Assembly (NCBI RefSeq): GCF_001194135.2
Contig: NC_068983.1
Coordinates: 166,301,779-166,365,778 of the forward strand
Direction: 5' to 3'
Source: Octopus bimaculoides
Taxonomy: Eukaryota
DNA: 64,000 nucleotides
The notes under the pieces are model-generated. The model had not been told where the DNA came from. It did not search any database and saw nothing but the letters and a program-made list of their open reading frames with translations. Each line of letters begins with the position of its first letter. Within the stretch, counting starts at the first letter, position 1. The position numbers and the translations under genes were made by a program. Positions 63,801 to 64,000 of the stretch are shown one piece after another.

Positions 63801-64000
63801 TTCATTAGATATCAAAATAAAATGTAATGTAAACTGGAAATCAAGGAGAGGCTAACAAAATAAATTGGTTCATTAATTCAACTGAAATAATTTTTTGATC
63901 ACTGAAATAAGCAAATTAAGATATATATTAAATTTTCCATCTTTTTTACTGAACCATTTAAAATTTTAAAAATTATAGAAATAAGCATCTTCCATTTATT

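Overview
AT-rich, repeat-dense eukaryotic DNA with N-gaps. The SINE/LINE repertoire and microsatellite load suggest an octopus draft genome (inference, no database check). The window appears to be almost entirely intron of a minus-strand gene. One clear coding exon (22726-22827) encodes the first WW domain of ARHGAP39/Vilse, and a candidate in-phase 72-nt exon lies upstream (47041-47112). The rest is tRNA-derived SINEs, 5'-truncated RTE, Dong/R4 and CR1-type LINE ends, mariner remnants, Tigger-, hAT- and piggyBac-type MITEs, and microsatellites. Nearly all ORFs in the supplied track are microsatellite or repeat artefacts. The most notable unannotated signal is a set of minimal type-I hammerhead ribozyme motifs in (TA)n-associated, Penelope-pLTR/retrozyme-like elements: an intact-core motif at 62861-62935 (-), a ~400-bp foldback with two mirror-image motifs at 224-628, and a decayed relative near 55.0-55.4 kb. 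Other observations: a 65-nt structured tandem array in the RTE 3' UTR, one SINE head carrying two alternative LINE-derived tails, and inverted repeats bracketing the WW exon. Repeat boundaries were set by eye (about +/-20 bp). Family labels A1, A2, B, D and E are my working names.
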